From NCBI RefSeq assembly GCF_963506605.1, contig NC_083288.1, positions 43,958,001-44,022,000 of the forward strand: a stretch of 64,000 bases of DNA, given 5' to 3'. The notes beneath the pieces were generated by a model that was given only the letters and a program-made list of their open reading frames with translations, was not told where the DNA came from and ran no database searches. Shown here piece by piece: positions 1 to 12,043 of the stretch. A program made the position numbers and the translations under genes. This DNA comes from Zootoca vivipara (taxonomy: Eukaryota). Each line of letters begins with the position of its first letter. Position 1 is the stretch's first letter.

Positions 1-1404
1 ACCACTTTTGTCCTTGATTATGGTAATCTTTGTACGAAATGTTCCTTTCATATCTCCAATTTTCTTGAACAGATCTCTGGTTTTCCCCATTCTATTGTTT
101 TCCTCTATTTCTTTGCATTGCTCATTTAAGAAGACCCTCTTATCTCTCCTTGCTGTTTTTTGGAAATCTGCATTCAGTTTCCTGTATCTTTCCCTATCTC
201 CCTTGCATTTTGCTTGCCTCCTCTCCTCCGCTATTCGTAAGGCCTCGTTGGACAGCCATTTTGCCTTCTTGCATTTCCTTTTCCTTGGGATGGTTTTCGT
301 TGCTGCCTCCTGTATAATGTTACGAGCCTCCATCCATAGTTCTTCAGGCACTCTGTCCACCAAATCTAAATCCTTAAACCTGTTCCTCACTTCCACTGTG
401 TATTCATAAGGGATTTGATTCAGATTGTATCTTACTGGCCCAGTGGTTTTTCCTACTTTCTTCAGTTTAAGCTGGAATTTTGCTATAAGAAGCTGATGAT
501 CTGAGTTACAGTCAGCTCCAGGTCTTGTTTTTGCTGATTGTATAGAGCTTCTCCATCTTTGGCTGCAGAGAATATAATCAATCTGATTTCGATGCTGCCC
601 ATTTGGTGATATCCATGTGTAGAGTCGTCTCTTGTGTTGTTGGAAGAGAGTGTTTGTGATGACCAGCTTGTTCTCTTGACAGAACTCTATTAGCCTTTGC
701 CCTGCTTCATTTTGAACTCCAAGGCCAAACTTGCCAGTTGTTCCTTTTATCTCTTGATTCCCTACTTTAGCATTCCAATCCCCTGTAATGAGAAGAACAT
801 CCTTCTTTGGTGTCATTTCTAGAAGGTGTTGTAGGTCTTCATAGAATTGGTCAATTTCACTTTCTTCAGCACCGGTAGTTGGTGCATAAACTTGGATTAC
901 TGTGATGTTAAAAGGTCTGCCTTGGATTCGTATCGAGATCATTCTGTCATTTTTGAGATTGCATCCCATTACAGCTTTTGCCACTCTTTTGTTGACTATG
1001 AGGGCCACTCCATTTCTTCTACAGGATTCTTGCCCACAGTAGTAGATATGATAGTCACCCGAACTGAATTCACCCATTCCCTTCCATTTTAGTTCACTGA
1101 TGCCCAGGATGTCGATATTTATTCTTGTCATCTCATTTTTGACCACATCCAGCTTACCTCTATTCATGGTTCTTACATTCCAGGTTCCTATGCAATATTT
1201 TTCTTTACAGCATCGGACTTTCCTTTCGCTTCCAGGCATATCCACAACTGAGCGTCCTTTCGGCTTTGGCCCAGCCGCTTCATCAGCTCTGAATCTACTT
1301 GTACTTGTCCTCCGCTCTTCCTCAGTAGCATGTTGGACGCCTTCCGACCTGAGGGGCTCATCTTCCAGCGTCATAACTTTTATATGCCTGTTGTCTTTGG
1401 CCAT
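1..1404 (-). CDS. BovB ORF, N-terminal 468 codons (AP endonuclease and linker), partial
   Basis: ATG at 1404 (MAKDNRHIK...) reads without a stop to position 1 (...IIKDKSG) by manual translation. It is missing from the ORF track, presumably because it runs off the window. Confidence 0.88.
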   Translation of the reverse strand, partial: MAKDNRHIKVMTLEDEPLRSEGVQHATEEERRTSTSRFRADEAAGPKPKGRSVVDMPGSERKVRCCKEKYCIGTWNVRTMNRGKLDVVKNEMTRINIDILGISELKWKGMGEFSSGDYHIYYCGQESCRRNGVALIVNKRVAKAVMGCNLKNDRMISIRIQGRPFNITVIQVYAPTTGAEESEIDQFYEDLQHLLEMTPKKDVLLITGDWNAKVGNQEIKGTTGKFGLGVQNEAGQRLIEFCQENKLVITNTLFQQHKRRLYTWISPNGQHRNQIDYILCSQRWRSSIQSAKTRPGADCNSDHQLLIAKFQLKLKKVGKTTGPVRYNLNQIPYEYTVEVRNRFKDLDLVDRVPEELWMEARNIIQEAATKTIPRKRKCKKAKWLSNEALRIAEERRQAKCKGDRERYRKLNADFQKTARRDKRVFLNEQCKEIEENNRMGKTRDLFKKIGDMKGTFRTKITIIKDKSG

Positions 1405-1585
1405 GGAGTTTTCTTGGCAGGGATACTGGAGTGGCTTGCCAGTTCCTTCTCCAGGTGGATCACGTTTAGTCAAAACTCTCCACTATGACCTGTCCATCTT
1501 GGGTGGCCCTGCATGGCATAGCTCATAGCTTCTCTGAGTTATTCAAGCCCCTTCGCCACGACAAGGCATTGATCCATGAAGGGGG
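1..1585 (-). mobile_element. BovB (RTE-clade) LINE, 5' UTR plus 5' part of ORF; continues beyond left edge; lies in intron 1 of V2R-A
   Basis: The minus strand gives the BovB-type 5' UTR (CCCTTCATGGATCAATGCCTTGTCGTGGCG...) followed by an open frame with APE endonuclease motifs (IGTWNVRT, ILGISELKW, VIQVYAPT, GDWNAKVG, NQIDYIL, SDHQLL). Confidence 0.95.
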
Positions 1586-2376
1586 CTAAAACTTCTTACA
1601 TAGATAAAACCGTGGGTCACCTACAGCCTGGGCAGTGTTATGAGGATTCATAGCAACTGAAAGCCAGCCTGTGTTTCCTTCATGAAGTGGTGGTGGGAAA
1701 TGTAAAAAAATCAAATGGCCATGTCCATTTTCATTGGAAAGAATCAGAGGTAAGTTAGTAATGGAGAATGGTTTCAAATCACTTTGTAAACATGGGATCC
1801 GAGCCTTCAGCAACCATCATCGCTAGCTCACAAGTAGGCATACTTGGTAGAAATACGATATGTGAAACTCTTCATTGCTGTATCGTTATTCTCTCGAAAA
1901 CCTGATACTTTGCATTAAAAATGGCAGCTCTCATCAGCTTTATTATCATTCAATGCAAGTTTCCATTTCCAAAGAAAGCTACTACCAAAGGGAGATAGCA
2001 ATAATTTCAAAAACTGTAGCATGGCCATATGGCAAAGCACATGTTTATAGATGAAACTTAATACAGAGGAGGAACAACATGGTCAGAAATGGAAAAGATG
2101 AAGTTGAATTCAAGAAAATTTCTGACCCATTCTGTATGGGTCTCTTCAGAATCCATGTGTCTGAGGAATTAAAGGGGGGGGCTAAAGAGGAATCCAAACA
2201 TTCTAAAGGAACAAAACAAGGAACAAAACAAGACCCATCTTTCTAATAATACCTACTTCATGACTGCCTTTCCTTATAGTCCTTATATACCACAATGGTC
2301 TGAGAGTTGTACCTCTCAAAACTAGATTATGTGCACTATTTTAATTTCCCATGAAATAATGCCACTTTATTCACAG

Positions 2377-5300
2377 GGTGTTATCAAAGTTCTACCAGCA
2401 CATCCTTGCCCTGGTGTTTGCGATTGATGAGGTCAATGAGAATCCCAAGGTCTTGCCCAATGTCACGCTCGGGTTCCACATCTATGACAGCTACTGTAAC
2501 TCTAAAATGACCTACCGCACCACTCTGGATCTGCTGTTTAACTCGCATACCTTTGTCCCCAACTACAAATGTGGCCCCCAGGAAAGTGTAATAGGGGTCA
2601 TTGGGGGACTGAGCTCTGAAGTCACCTTGTGCATGGCAGACATCTTGGATCTTTACAAAATTCCACAGGTAGGCACATTCTGGGTAAGAGAAAATTGAGA
2701 TTTCACACCATAATTCACTCTTCAACTGTTTTTCCAGCAGAAGACTATGAATTCATAAATGTGGAGTGGTATAACAGGGACAAGTGAAAGAGACTGAAAT
2801 GTATGGGTTTGTTGATGTTATAGCATGGGAGTCTCCAACAATGTGCATGAGAGGGGCAAGGTTACAAATGGTTGTGTACTTAATGCATGTAAGAGAAGAT
2901 TGATTCAAAGGAGTTAGGTTGGTAAATGGGGCATCCAGATGGGATCATATAAAATCCTGGGAACATATTATCAGTGGGTCATATAAGCTCAGGACATAAC
3001 TAGAAATGCTCTCCATATGAAATGGGAAATTGAGCAAGATTGTGTTTGTATTATTTTATGTAAGTGGAGGTGTATATTTGAAATAAAAATACATAAAAAA
3101 TACATAAATCAGTAAATTTGTGCTGTGTGATGTTTGTTATGAATTCTTCCATCCATTTGGAATGGTTCTCTTTTTTATTCTTAAGATTTCATATGGTTCA
3201 TTTGAAGCATCCATGAATGATCACATTAAGTTCCCTTCCTTTTACCACATGGCGCCTAATGAAGCTCTTCAGTATCAGGGAATTATCCAGTTACTTCGGC
3301 ATTTTGGATGGAAATGGGTTGGGCTCATCATTCCAGCTAATGAAGCTGGAGAACATTTCTTGAATACCATTGAACCAATGTTTTTCAAAAATGGGATCTG
3401 TTCAGCATTCACAGAAAGAGTTGAATACCATGTGCATTTCACTGGTAAGATAACTGATATGCTGAGTGACACAAGGATTTTGTCCCCAACTTTCATCACA
3501 AGCAAAGCAAATGCAGTTGTTGTATATGGAGAAAGTGCATCTCTTGTATGGTTGTCAACTTCTCTAAATGTAATAAAGATAACTCAGTTCATATTTTCTC
3601 AATCCAAAAAGAACTTACCTGAAGGAAAAGTATGGATTACCACAGCTCAAATTGATTTCATAGTATACGTTCTTCAGAAACTTATTGATGTTAATATACA
3701 AATGTTCCATGGTGCCATCTCCTTTGCAATTCATTCCAAGGAAATTCATGACTTCCGATACTTTCTGCAGAGTGTAAATCCTTCCGGGGTAGATGGAAAT
3801 GGTTTTATCACAGGTTTCTGGGAGCAAGCATTTGATTGTTCATTTGTAGACTCTACTAAGTCAACATACAAAGCTAAGCGTTGTACCGGAGAGGAAATTC
3901 TGGAGAGCCTTCCTGCACCATTTTTTGAAATGAGCATGACTAGCCACAGCTACAGTATCTATAATGCTGTCTATGCTTTGGCACATGCCTTACATATGCA
4001 CTTGGCTGCATCCAACCGCAGAAGAATGGAGGCTGCAGGCAGACGATCTCCTCAGAATATAGAGCCTTGGAAGGTAGTGTTTGCTGTCACAAAATGTTTG
4101 GTATACAAAGTGTTTGCTATTGTGCCCTGGAAGTAGTGTTTTCCAATATTTCAAATGCCATTTAATTTGACAATTTTTATAGCTTTGGGGTACATAGTAA
4201 CCATGGGGTGGGTAGTAACACAAATCCAAACCAAGTTGGGTTAGGTGCGGCATAATTGTTTAAATATATTTACTAGGAAGGTGTGCCTGTCTTTTTAAAA
4301 TTTTCCTACCTTCTGATTGTATGCACTGTTCTAGCAAAGTATAGGGATGCCATAAGCTAAAAAGGGAAACCAAATTAAAATCAAGCACATTCTCCACTTG
4401 GCCACCTTGTGATGTTAACAAACATAAGAAGTAATATAGGCAATTCCTTTCCCTCTTAGAATTTTTTAAGAACGTTCTGACTCACCCATCCAAACTTTAA
4501 AAAAACCTTCTCTGCACAGCCAACACCTGCAAAAGCATCAGAAAAATCAACTCTTGATTTGCAGAGGAGAAGGAAGAGATTGGTGAAATGAGGCAGTAGA
4601 GTCATTTGGCATTGCACTAGATATAACTAATTATTCAAACTGTCAATATTGAAAAAGTATCTTTAAGGTCCCAATATCCCTTTTTTAAAAAGTAATATAG
4701 GGTAGAAGATGCATCCAAGAATAGCAAACTGCAGCTTCTCAATTAATTAATTAATTAATTAGTTGAGCTTAAATACTGTCATCCAGAGAGATTGTTGAAA
4801 ACCTCTGAAAAATTGCTTCTAAAATGTCATGTAATACAGATCAGTAAAAAGATGCTTTTCATGCTCATTTTAACAATTTATCACCAGACCTAACACTTCC
4901 AATGGAGTCTTTTGACCAAACTTCTTTTATCCACTTTTTGATTTGCACAAGTGATGTTAAAATAGCAATGGTGTGCCTAAAATGAGACAGCCGTCATTTG
5001 ATTTAGCAAAAAGTGGCAGAAATACCTGCTTACAAACAATTTGCTTCAACATATCCTACCTGATTTCTGTAATGGAGGCTTTTGAATGGCCTCCTCAAAT
5101 CTAAAAGAAGATTGCTACTGAGCTGCAGGCTATGCTCCTAAGCAGAACCTAAATCATTGGGAGGTTTTGTCATAACATTAACTTTTTAAAAACCTTCTGT
5201 TGTCATTTCCCCTCCAGATATGATCCTTAGACCATCTTCCTCTTAGAGGTGAGATATTTGCAGGGAAAAGCAACTGCAAAGATTTTAATATGTCCCTGAC

Positions 5301-8040
5301 AATTATGCAAGAACATATCATCACACAATACTGATTAAAAAGTGAAATGGAAAAGGGTCATAAAAGAAGTCTTTTAACATTACAGCATGTAACTTTTCCT
5401 CCATATGTGGTGTGTATGGTATGAATTCCTTCATTTTCAGAAAATAAGAATGGTTCTGCCAATTCTACGCTGTCACAAATTATACTTTGAATTAAAACTT
5501 TAGAATCCCTAGTTATAAAGATCTTGAATCCATCTAGGAAAGCTATTGAACAACCTTAATCAGAATGTTATAATACTTTATAGACCTTTTGATTCTCTTT
5601 CCACCTAGCTCCACTCATTCCTACAGAAGATCTCATTCAACAACTCTGTTGGTGATGAAATTACATTAAATGAACGTGGAGAATTAGCAACTGGTTTTGA
5701 TATTACAAATTTGATCACTTTCCCAAATAGATCCTACATCAGGGTCAAAGTGGGAAGGCTGGATCCTCAGGCCCCTCCAGGCAAAGAGCTCACCATTAAT
5801 GACGGACAGATTGAATGGCACAGGGACTTGACTCAGGTGAGGAAATAAATTTCTCAAATGCCAACATTCATGGTTATCCAAATAAAATGGGATGCAATGA
5901 AAAAGGAGGCATTTTTTTCACTTAGCACCTGATTAAATGTGCAGTTTCCTTGGAGAGAAAAGTAGGCTTTAAGGAGAGGAAAATCCTATCTAGATGGATA
6001 GTATTTTAATGGAGAGAATCCCTATTTCAACAATTGGCTTTACTTGTGGGAGCATTACTTTAATACATAGTTCCTACTTGTTGCCCACCTGATTGCACTT
6101 TGCTTTGAATTACATATTATATTGAATAATATAGGGAATAAGCAGCCACAGAAGCCACTTGAGACCCTAGTGATGAGTTGGAATCTCAAAGTACTTCCAA
6201 AATACAAACGTATTCCTTCACAGTGAGTCCAATCCCTTCTGAGAGACAGAAACCACTCAACCAAAGAGCTTTGGACAAATAAGGATTCAGCCACAATCCT
6301 GCCCAACACAACCTTCAGACAGCAGTCCAGTACCTTCACTTAATGCTATGTGGCTGCTTTTTATCCCATTGCTTATACATCCCCTGGTATAAGATTAAAT
6401 CTCCAAAACATTTTTTTAAAAAACTAAATTCTTCCAATATTTTGGATAGGTTCCACCTCAGTCAGTATGTAATGACAACTGCCATCCTGGTTACGGGAAG
6501 AAAAAAAAGGAAACAAGCAAATTTTGTTGCTATGATTGTGATCCATGTCCCAGCGGGATGTACTCAAATGAAAAGGGTGAGAAATGTCATGTTAAGATAG
6601 ACCAAACAGCACAATTTATTTAGCAAATTCTGAGATCCTTAAAATTTTGTTGTCATTAAAATTCAGCTGCGGGGGACTGTTAAGTAATGGATTTCAATAT
6701 TGTTATTACTGTTTACAATATAATAATAAATAATAATTTTTATTATTTTTATTATTTATACCCCGTCCATCTGGCTTGGTTTCCCCAGCCCCTCTTAGAG
6801 GCTCCCAACAGAGGACTAAAAGCAGAATAAAACTTCAAAGATGAAAAACCTCCCTAAACAGGACTGCCTTCAGATGTCTTCTAAAAGTCAGATAATTGTT
6901 TAATCTTTAAAACATCCTAAAGAAAATGTTTTTATAAAAGAACATACAGTACTGCATTTTACATAGATTTCTAAAAAAAAAGAGGAGGAGGAATACTAAA
7001 ACACAGAGGTGTCCTCTATGCAGAAATTCCATATTTGGGCTAGATGTTTTAAAAGCTACCATGATAAAGAAGACAGGTGAACTCCTGATGACTAAAATTC
7101 TTAAGAATTTTCTTTGTAATTTCATTTTGCCTTTTCAGACATGGAAACATGTTTCAGTTGCCCAGCAAATAAGTATCCAAATAAAGACCAGGATAATTGC
7201 ATTCCTAAAATACCAAGCTTTCTGGGCTTTGATGAAATTTTGGCCATCATTTCAACTTTCTCTGCACTATTGTTCGCTCTGATCACAACTCTAGTGTTGG
7301 GCATCTTCATTAAGCACAAGGACACTGCCATCGTCAAAGCCAACAATAGAAGCCTCACTTACATTCTCCTTGTGTCCCTCCTCTTGTGTTTCCTCTGCTC
7401 CTTGATGTTCATTGGAACACCTAAGCAGGCAACCTGCCTTCTCCGACAAACAGGTTTTGTCATCGTCTTCTCTGTGGCCCTCTCTAGCATCTTGGCCAAA
7501 ACTATATCAGTGGTTTTGGCATTCATGGCTACCAAGCCAGGATCCACAATCAGGAAGTGGGTAGGCAAAAAACTGGCTTATTCCATTGTCCTCTCCGGCT
7601 CCATTGTTCAAGTAGGGCTCTGTGGAGTTTGGCTGGCAACCTTTCCTCCTTTCCCAGATTTGGACATGCAATCAATGAGTGAAGAAATTATATTGTTATG
7701 TAATGAAGGGTCAGTCCTCATGTTCTACTGTGTTTTGAGCTACATGGGCTTCCTGGCCACTGTCAGCTTCACTGTGGCCTTCCTAGCCCGGAAGTTACCT
7801 GACAGCTTCAATGAAGCCAAGTTCATCACCTTCAGCATGCTGGTCTTCTGCAGTGTTTGGATCTCCTTTATTCCAACTTACCTGAGCACCAGAGGAAAAT
7901 ACATGGTGGCTGTGGAGATCTTCTCCATCTTGGCTTCAAGTGCTGGATTACTGGCTTGCATCTTTTTTCCCAAATGCTACATTATTGTAGTGAGGCCTGA
8001 CTTGAACACCAGAGAGCATTTAATACAAAGAAAGATATAA
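2377..8040 (+). CDS. Vomeronasal type-2 receptor (V2R-A), exons 2-6; exon 1 is left of the window
   Basis: Exons 2377-2668, 3186-4073, 5609-5836, 6450-6576, 7139-8040, all AG/GT-bounded and phase-compatible. Motifs: LPNVTLGF (Venus flytrap), CCYDC (Cys-rich), KANNRSL and [15 protein letters not shown] (7TM class C). Confidence 0.93.
6720..6905 (-). mobile_element. L2-type LINE 3' end fragment
   Basis: (ATT)n then TATACCCCGTCCATCTGGC...; same family as 57590-58185, 13630-13760 and 32600-32760. Confidence 0.65.
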
Positions 8041-9326
8041 ATTATATAAGAATGTGTGCATCCATGATTGTTCTTAGTTTTCAAGCCTGAAACATGGGGG
8101 GGTGGTTTTTTTGCTGGAAGTCACAATGAACATCTCACTCGTTCTCTTAGAATGGCAATGGCACCCACCTGAGAGATGTCGGAAATGAGTTCCAGTGAAA
8201 TGAGTTCTGGCAGGAAAAAAGCCCTGATTAGGACTATGTGACCAAATAAGACTATTTCAGCAAAATGTGAATAAATGAGAACAATGTGACCAAATGAAAT
8301 TATTTCATCTATTTTGTGTTCCTTTCTGGGCTGCAAACTTGTTGCATGTTATTTTAAGATGTCATTCAAACCAAAGGAGGCAAACATTCACATGAGCTTC
8401 CAAACTTCAACTGAAGACAATGAAACTCTGAAACAGAAAAAGAAACATCAACATTACTATAGCTATTCTCATTAGACAGTTGATATGAATGAGGAATAGA
8501 GAGTATTAGTATTAGAGTATTATTATTATTATTATTATTTTACTATTTGATATATAAATTATTTAAGAAGCTCAATAAAAAAGCTATGTTTTATTAGTGA
8601 GGTCTGAATTCAACAATAGCAGCTGATAGGGAGAAATATGTAAATGACAAATATGTTTCTAGTTTCACTTAAGTTGTTGGTCTGAATCTAGGAACATGAG
8701 GTACTACAAGCGTAAATTGGAATCCCCATGTGTGTCCACAACCTACCTAACCCCTAAAACACACTCCCTTGTGAGATCTTTTGCTGAAATCAACTGGGGA
8801 CAGCTCTGAGAATAAGCCCAAATTATCTTATGCCCAGAAATGAGCTCTCACAGACTGGACTGTTCCCCCACAGAGTTGGTTTATCTTTTAACAACAGATA
8901 CATTAGCATAATGTAGAACATATAGAACCATGGGTACATTAAAAATAATATCCTTACACACTCAGACTCATAGTAATAACTTCCTACACTACACGGGGAA
9001 GATAAATGGATACAGCATAACAGTGTGTTGTATGATTCCCATGAGGCAAGGGGAGGTGACCACCTCTGGCAGCAAGATCTACAAGGGCAGCAGATTCCAG
9101 TGTAGGTCTTTATTCCCCACTTGTTCCTGTTGTAGATCTTTACTAACTCCTTCTTCCCTGGAGAGAATGGGTATGCCCTTTCGTGGCTTACATCAGGTGC
9201 CAGAAGGTCTTGGACCAGATCTGTTCCCAAGAAGATAGTGATTGATCCAAAGTTTAACAATTGAAACACTGACTAAAGCCACTGCTGCAGTTGTGTGGTC
9301 ATACATCTATTTGATGGACCCAGGAC

Positions 9327-9539
9327 CAGGGGCGTTCCGAGGAGGGACGGGGTGGTGGTCCGCCCCAGGTACAATTCCAAAGGGGCGGGTGACAAAATGC
9401 CAACCCCCCCATTGGCAGCTCCCCCCAGGGTGCGTGCCATGCCCCCCAAGATGCACACCACACCCCGGGGACGCACACCACACACCCTGAGACACGACAA
9501 GTGCCACTTCGGGTACCGGAGCAGGTGGCTTCGCCTCTG
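9327..9539. mobile_element. hAT-type MITE
   Basis: TIR CAGGGGCG/CGCCTCTG; 8-bp TSD CCCAGGAC at 9319 and 9540; empty site in the paralogous flank near 29075. Confidence 0.85.
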
Positions 9540-9578
9540 CCCAGGACCAGAAATTCTATGCCTGAAGCTATTATAGTT

Positions 9579-9786
9579 ACAGGTAGGTAGCTGTGTTGGT
9601 CTGACGTAGTTGAAACAAAATAAAACAATTCCTTCCAGTAGCACCTTAGAGACCAACTAAGTTTGTCATTGGTATGAGCTTTCATGTGCATGCAGTTATC
9701 TGAAGAAGTGTGCATGCACACGAAAGCTCATACCAATGACAAACTTAGTTGGTTTCTAAGGTGCTACTGGAAGTTTTTTTTTATTT
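9579..9786. mobile_element. Penelope-like element terminal-repeat fragment in inverted arrangement
   Basis: About 80-bp inverted arms (CCAGTAGCACCTTAGAGACCAACTAAG... / ...CTTAGTTGGTTTCTAAGGTGCTACTGG) flanked by the direct repeat TGAAGCTATTATAGTT (9563, 9787). Confidence 0.75.
9695..9735 (+). ncRNA. Minimal type I hammerhead ribozyme core (Penelope-associated)
   Basis: CTGAAGA-A-GTGTGCATGCACAC (stem II)-GAAA-GCTC-ATAC; matches the CUGANGA...GAAA..UH layout with one extra A and a minimal stem III. Confidence 0.55.
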
Positions 9787-10556
9787 TGAAGCTATTATAG
9801 TTCTTAATGATATATCTGGGCTTCACACTGACAGGCAACTGAATCCCTACCAAGCCCCTAGGTACATTATCCAGTGCTGTACAAATGTTGCTCTTACAGA
9901 GTAGAAGTGAGATGTGTGGAAGGTTGCTGGGCTTACGGTAAGAGTACCAGAAGTGGGTGTGTATAAGTGATGTAATGAAAAGGGCTGATGATGTATGCAC
10001 TAAGATGTGAGTTTTTGTGTACATGACAAAGTGCAGTCAAGAGAGTCCTCCTGAATGGATTTCCTACCTTAAGGAAGTTTTGTACATCTTGTTTCCTGGC
10101 TAGCTAGGACACCCAACATGACCAGCTATTGTTCATCCCACATTTAGGTATATATATTTGACTAAGGGGTACTGTCTCCAGAGGTTTGGACACAGGCTCA
10201 AGTTCTGAAATCTGCATTCAGTGATGTTTCCATTGCTAATATATTTGATTATCACCATCATTGCAAATTTTCAGTCATTTAATTATTATGGCCCCTGTCA
10301 CACAGCAACTTGCTAGAGAGGGTTGGAAAATAAATAGTCAACTGCCAAGTAAAACACCCTTCAGCCCTGGGAGCCTTTCACAGTCCATGACTTTAGGAAC
10401 AGCAGAAGCAGGCTTTCAGTCATATGATGTTGCATAGCATCCATAGTTTCATTCCTTCACACAACCTCTATTCATTAACACCTCTATTATGAGGGGTCAT
10501 GCTTGACCTACATTTTGTGTTTGTCACTGGGTAAGAAGTTGGCCTAACTTGCAGTG

Positions 10557-11240
10557 CAGGGGCATAGCCAGGATCAAAATTAGGGGGGCAAGGGGAGGGG
10601 CCAAGGGGCGGGAGGGGAGGGGCCACAGTGGGGCAAGGAAAGCCACGATCGGTAGGGGCGAGGGGGCGCCAGGATCAGCCCGAAATCGGGCTGTTCCGAT
10701 CCCCTCCTCCCCCTCCGCGATCACCGGCTAGAAGGGACATCTCCCTTCCCCCTGGCTGGCTGTGGGGCGGGTGGAGGGAAAGCCAGCCAAACGCTTTGCG
10801 TGGCTCTGGGGCTTTCCCTCCGCCCGCCCCACAGCCAGCCAGGGAGAAGGGAGACATTCCTTCTAGCCGGCTGGCTGTGAGGCGCCCCAGAGCCACGCAA
10901 AGTGTTTGGCTGGCTTTCCCACAGCCAGCCGGCTAGAAGGGACGTCTCCCTCCGGGCGGGGAGCAACTGGAGGGTGGCTCCAGCAGGACTGAGACTCTGG
11001 CCACAGCGCAGGGCGGCATGGTGGAGGCGGTGCTGCCGGCGAGGCTCTGGAGGGTGGCACTCCGGCAGGGAAGAGGCTCCAGCCGTGGCATGCCATGGCG
11101 GAGGTGGACGAGAGCACCGCGTCCAGCCTCTGCCTCTTCTTTGGCGCCCTCCAGAACGTGACGCCTCTGACCACCGCTTCGCCGGCCCTGCTTCTAGGGG
11201 GGCAGCTGCCCCCTCCTGCCCCCCCCTGTCTACGTCCATG
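10557..11240. mobile_element. Non-autonomous hAT element with GC-rich palindromic interior
   Basis: TIR CAGGGGCATAG/CTACGTCCATG; 8-bp TSD TTGCAGTG (10549, 11241). Confidence 0.85.
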
Positions 11241-11254
11241 TTGCAGTGTACCCT

Positions 11255-11360
11255 GGGTACTCTCAAGAGTCTCCTCCAGCACCATAATTCAAAAGCATCA
11301 ATTCTTCGGCGATCAGCCTTCTTTATGGTCCAGCTCTCACTTCCATACATCACTACTGGG
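11255..11360 (-). mobile_element. BovB RT fragment
   Basis: Minus strand encodes [32 protein letters not shown]. Confidence 0.85.
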
Positions 11361-12043
11361 ATTGTATAGTCACTACTTTTTCCTTGAAGTTCATTTTACC
11401 ATATATATTTTTGGGTTGGTGAGGATTCACAAAAGGGCCAGATGTTCAATTAAAAAATGATGGTCCCAGGTGCATTTTTTAGGAGGAGGTGTGACTTTGG
11501 CTCCTCACACTGCACTGCCAACCCTGAGCCAATTTGTGAGGCTGGTATCTGACCTGAATGATTTACCTGGCAAACTAGTAAAATCTTACTCTTCCTAACC
11601 CTAATTGAGAATTGCCTGAGGCAACAAATGTTTACTTGGCAGTTCTGCTAAGGATGATGCACCATGGAGTCCTTAAAAAAATGCAAGTGATTGTCTCCCC
11701 TGTAATTATTAAAATTACAATAATTAAGTCACCTTGCCAATGCTCCAGAAGGCAAAATGTGGAGTGGGGGCAAGAGAATCAGCAAGCAAGTCTGAAAGGT
11801 TTCATAGACAGTTAGATAATGCAGGAGAGAGAAGCCAGGCTCTGTGATTGTATAGGCAAAATTTCAAAACACTTCATCTTATTTAGCATTCAAGGCAGGT
11901 CTTTGTGACAGGGTTTAATTATAAGAATGTGTGCATGTCCCTTTAAGCACTGAACTGGCAGAATCTGCTGCTTCCAAATCAATGCTGTTGAAATCAGGCT
12001 GATGATGATAATAATGACATTGTAGAGAGGCAAAGGAGAGTCC

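Noticed and set aside
8-1528. Plus-strand ORFs of 81-142 aa
   Set aside because: Antisense shadows of the BovB ORF.
8823-9269. 148-aa minus ORF downstream of V2R-A
   Set aside because: No recognisable domain; the paralogous region near 28.6-29.0 kb has no corresponding ORF.
10524-11460. Multiple overlapping 100-210 aa ORFs
   Set aside because: GC-rich hAT interior fused to a BovB fragment; open in many frames with no coherent protein.
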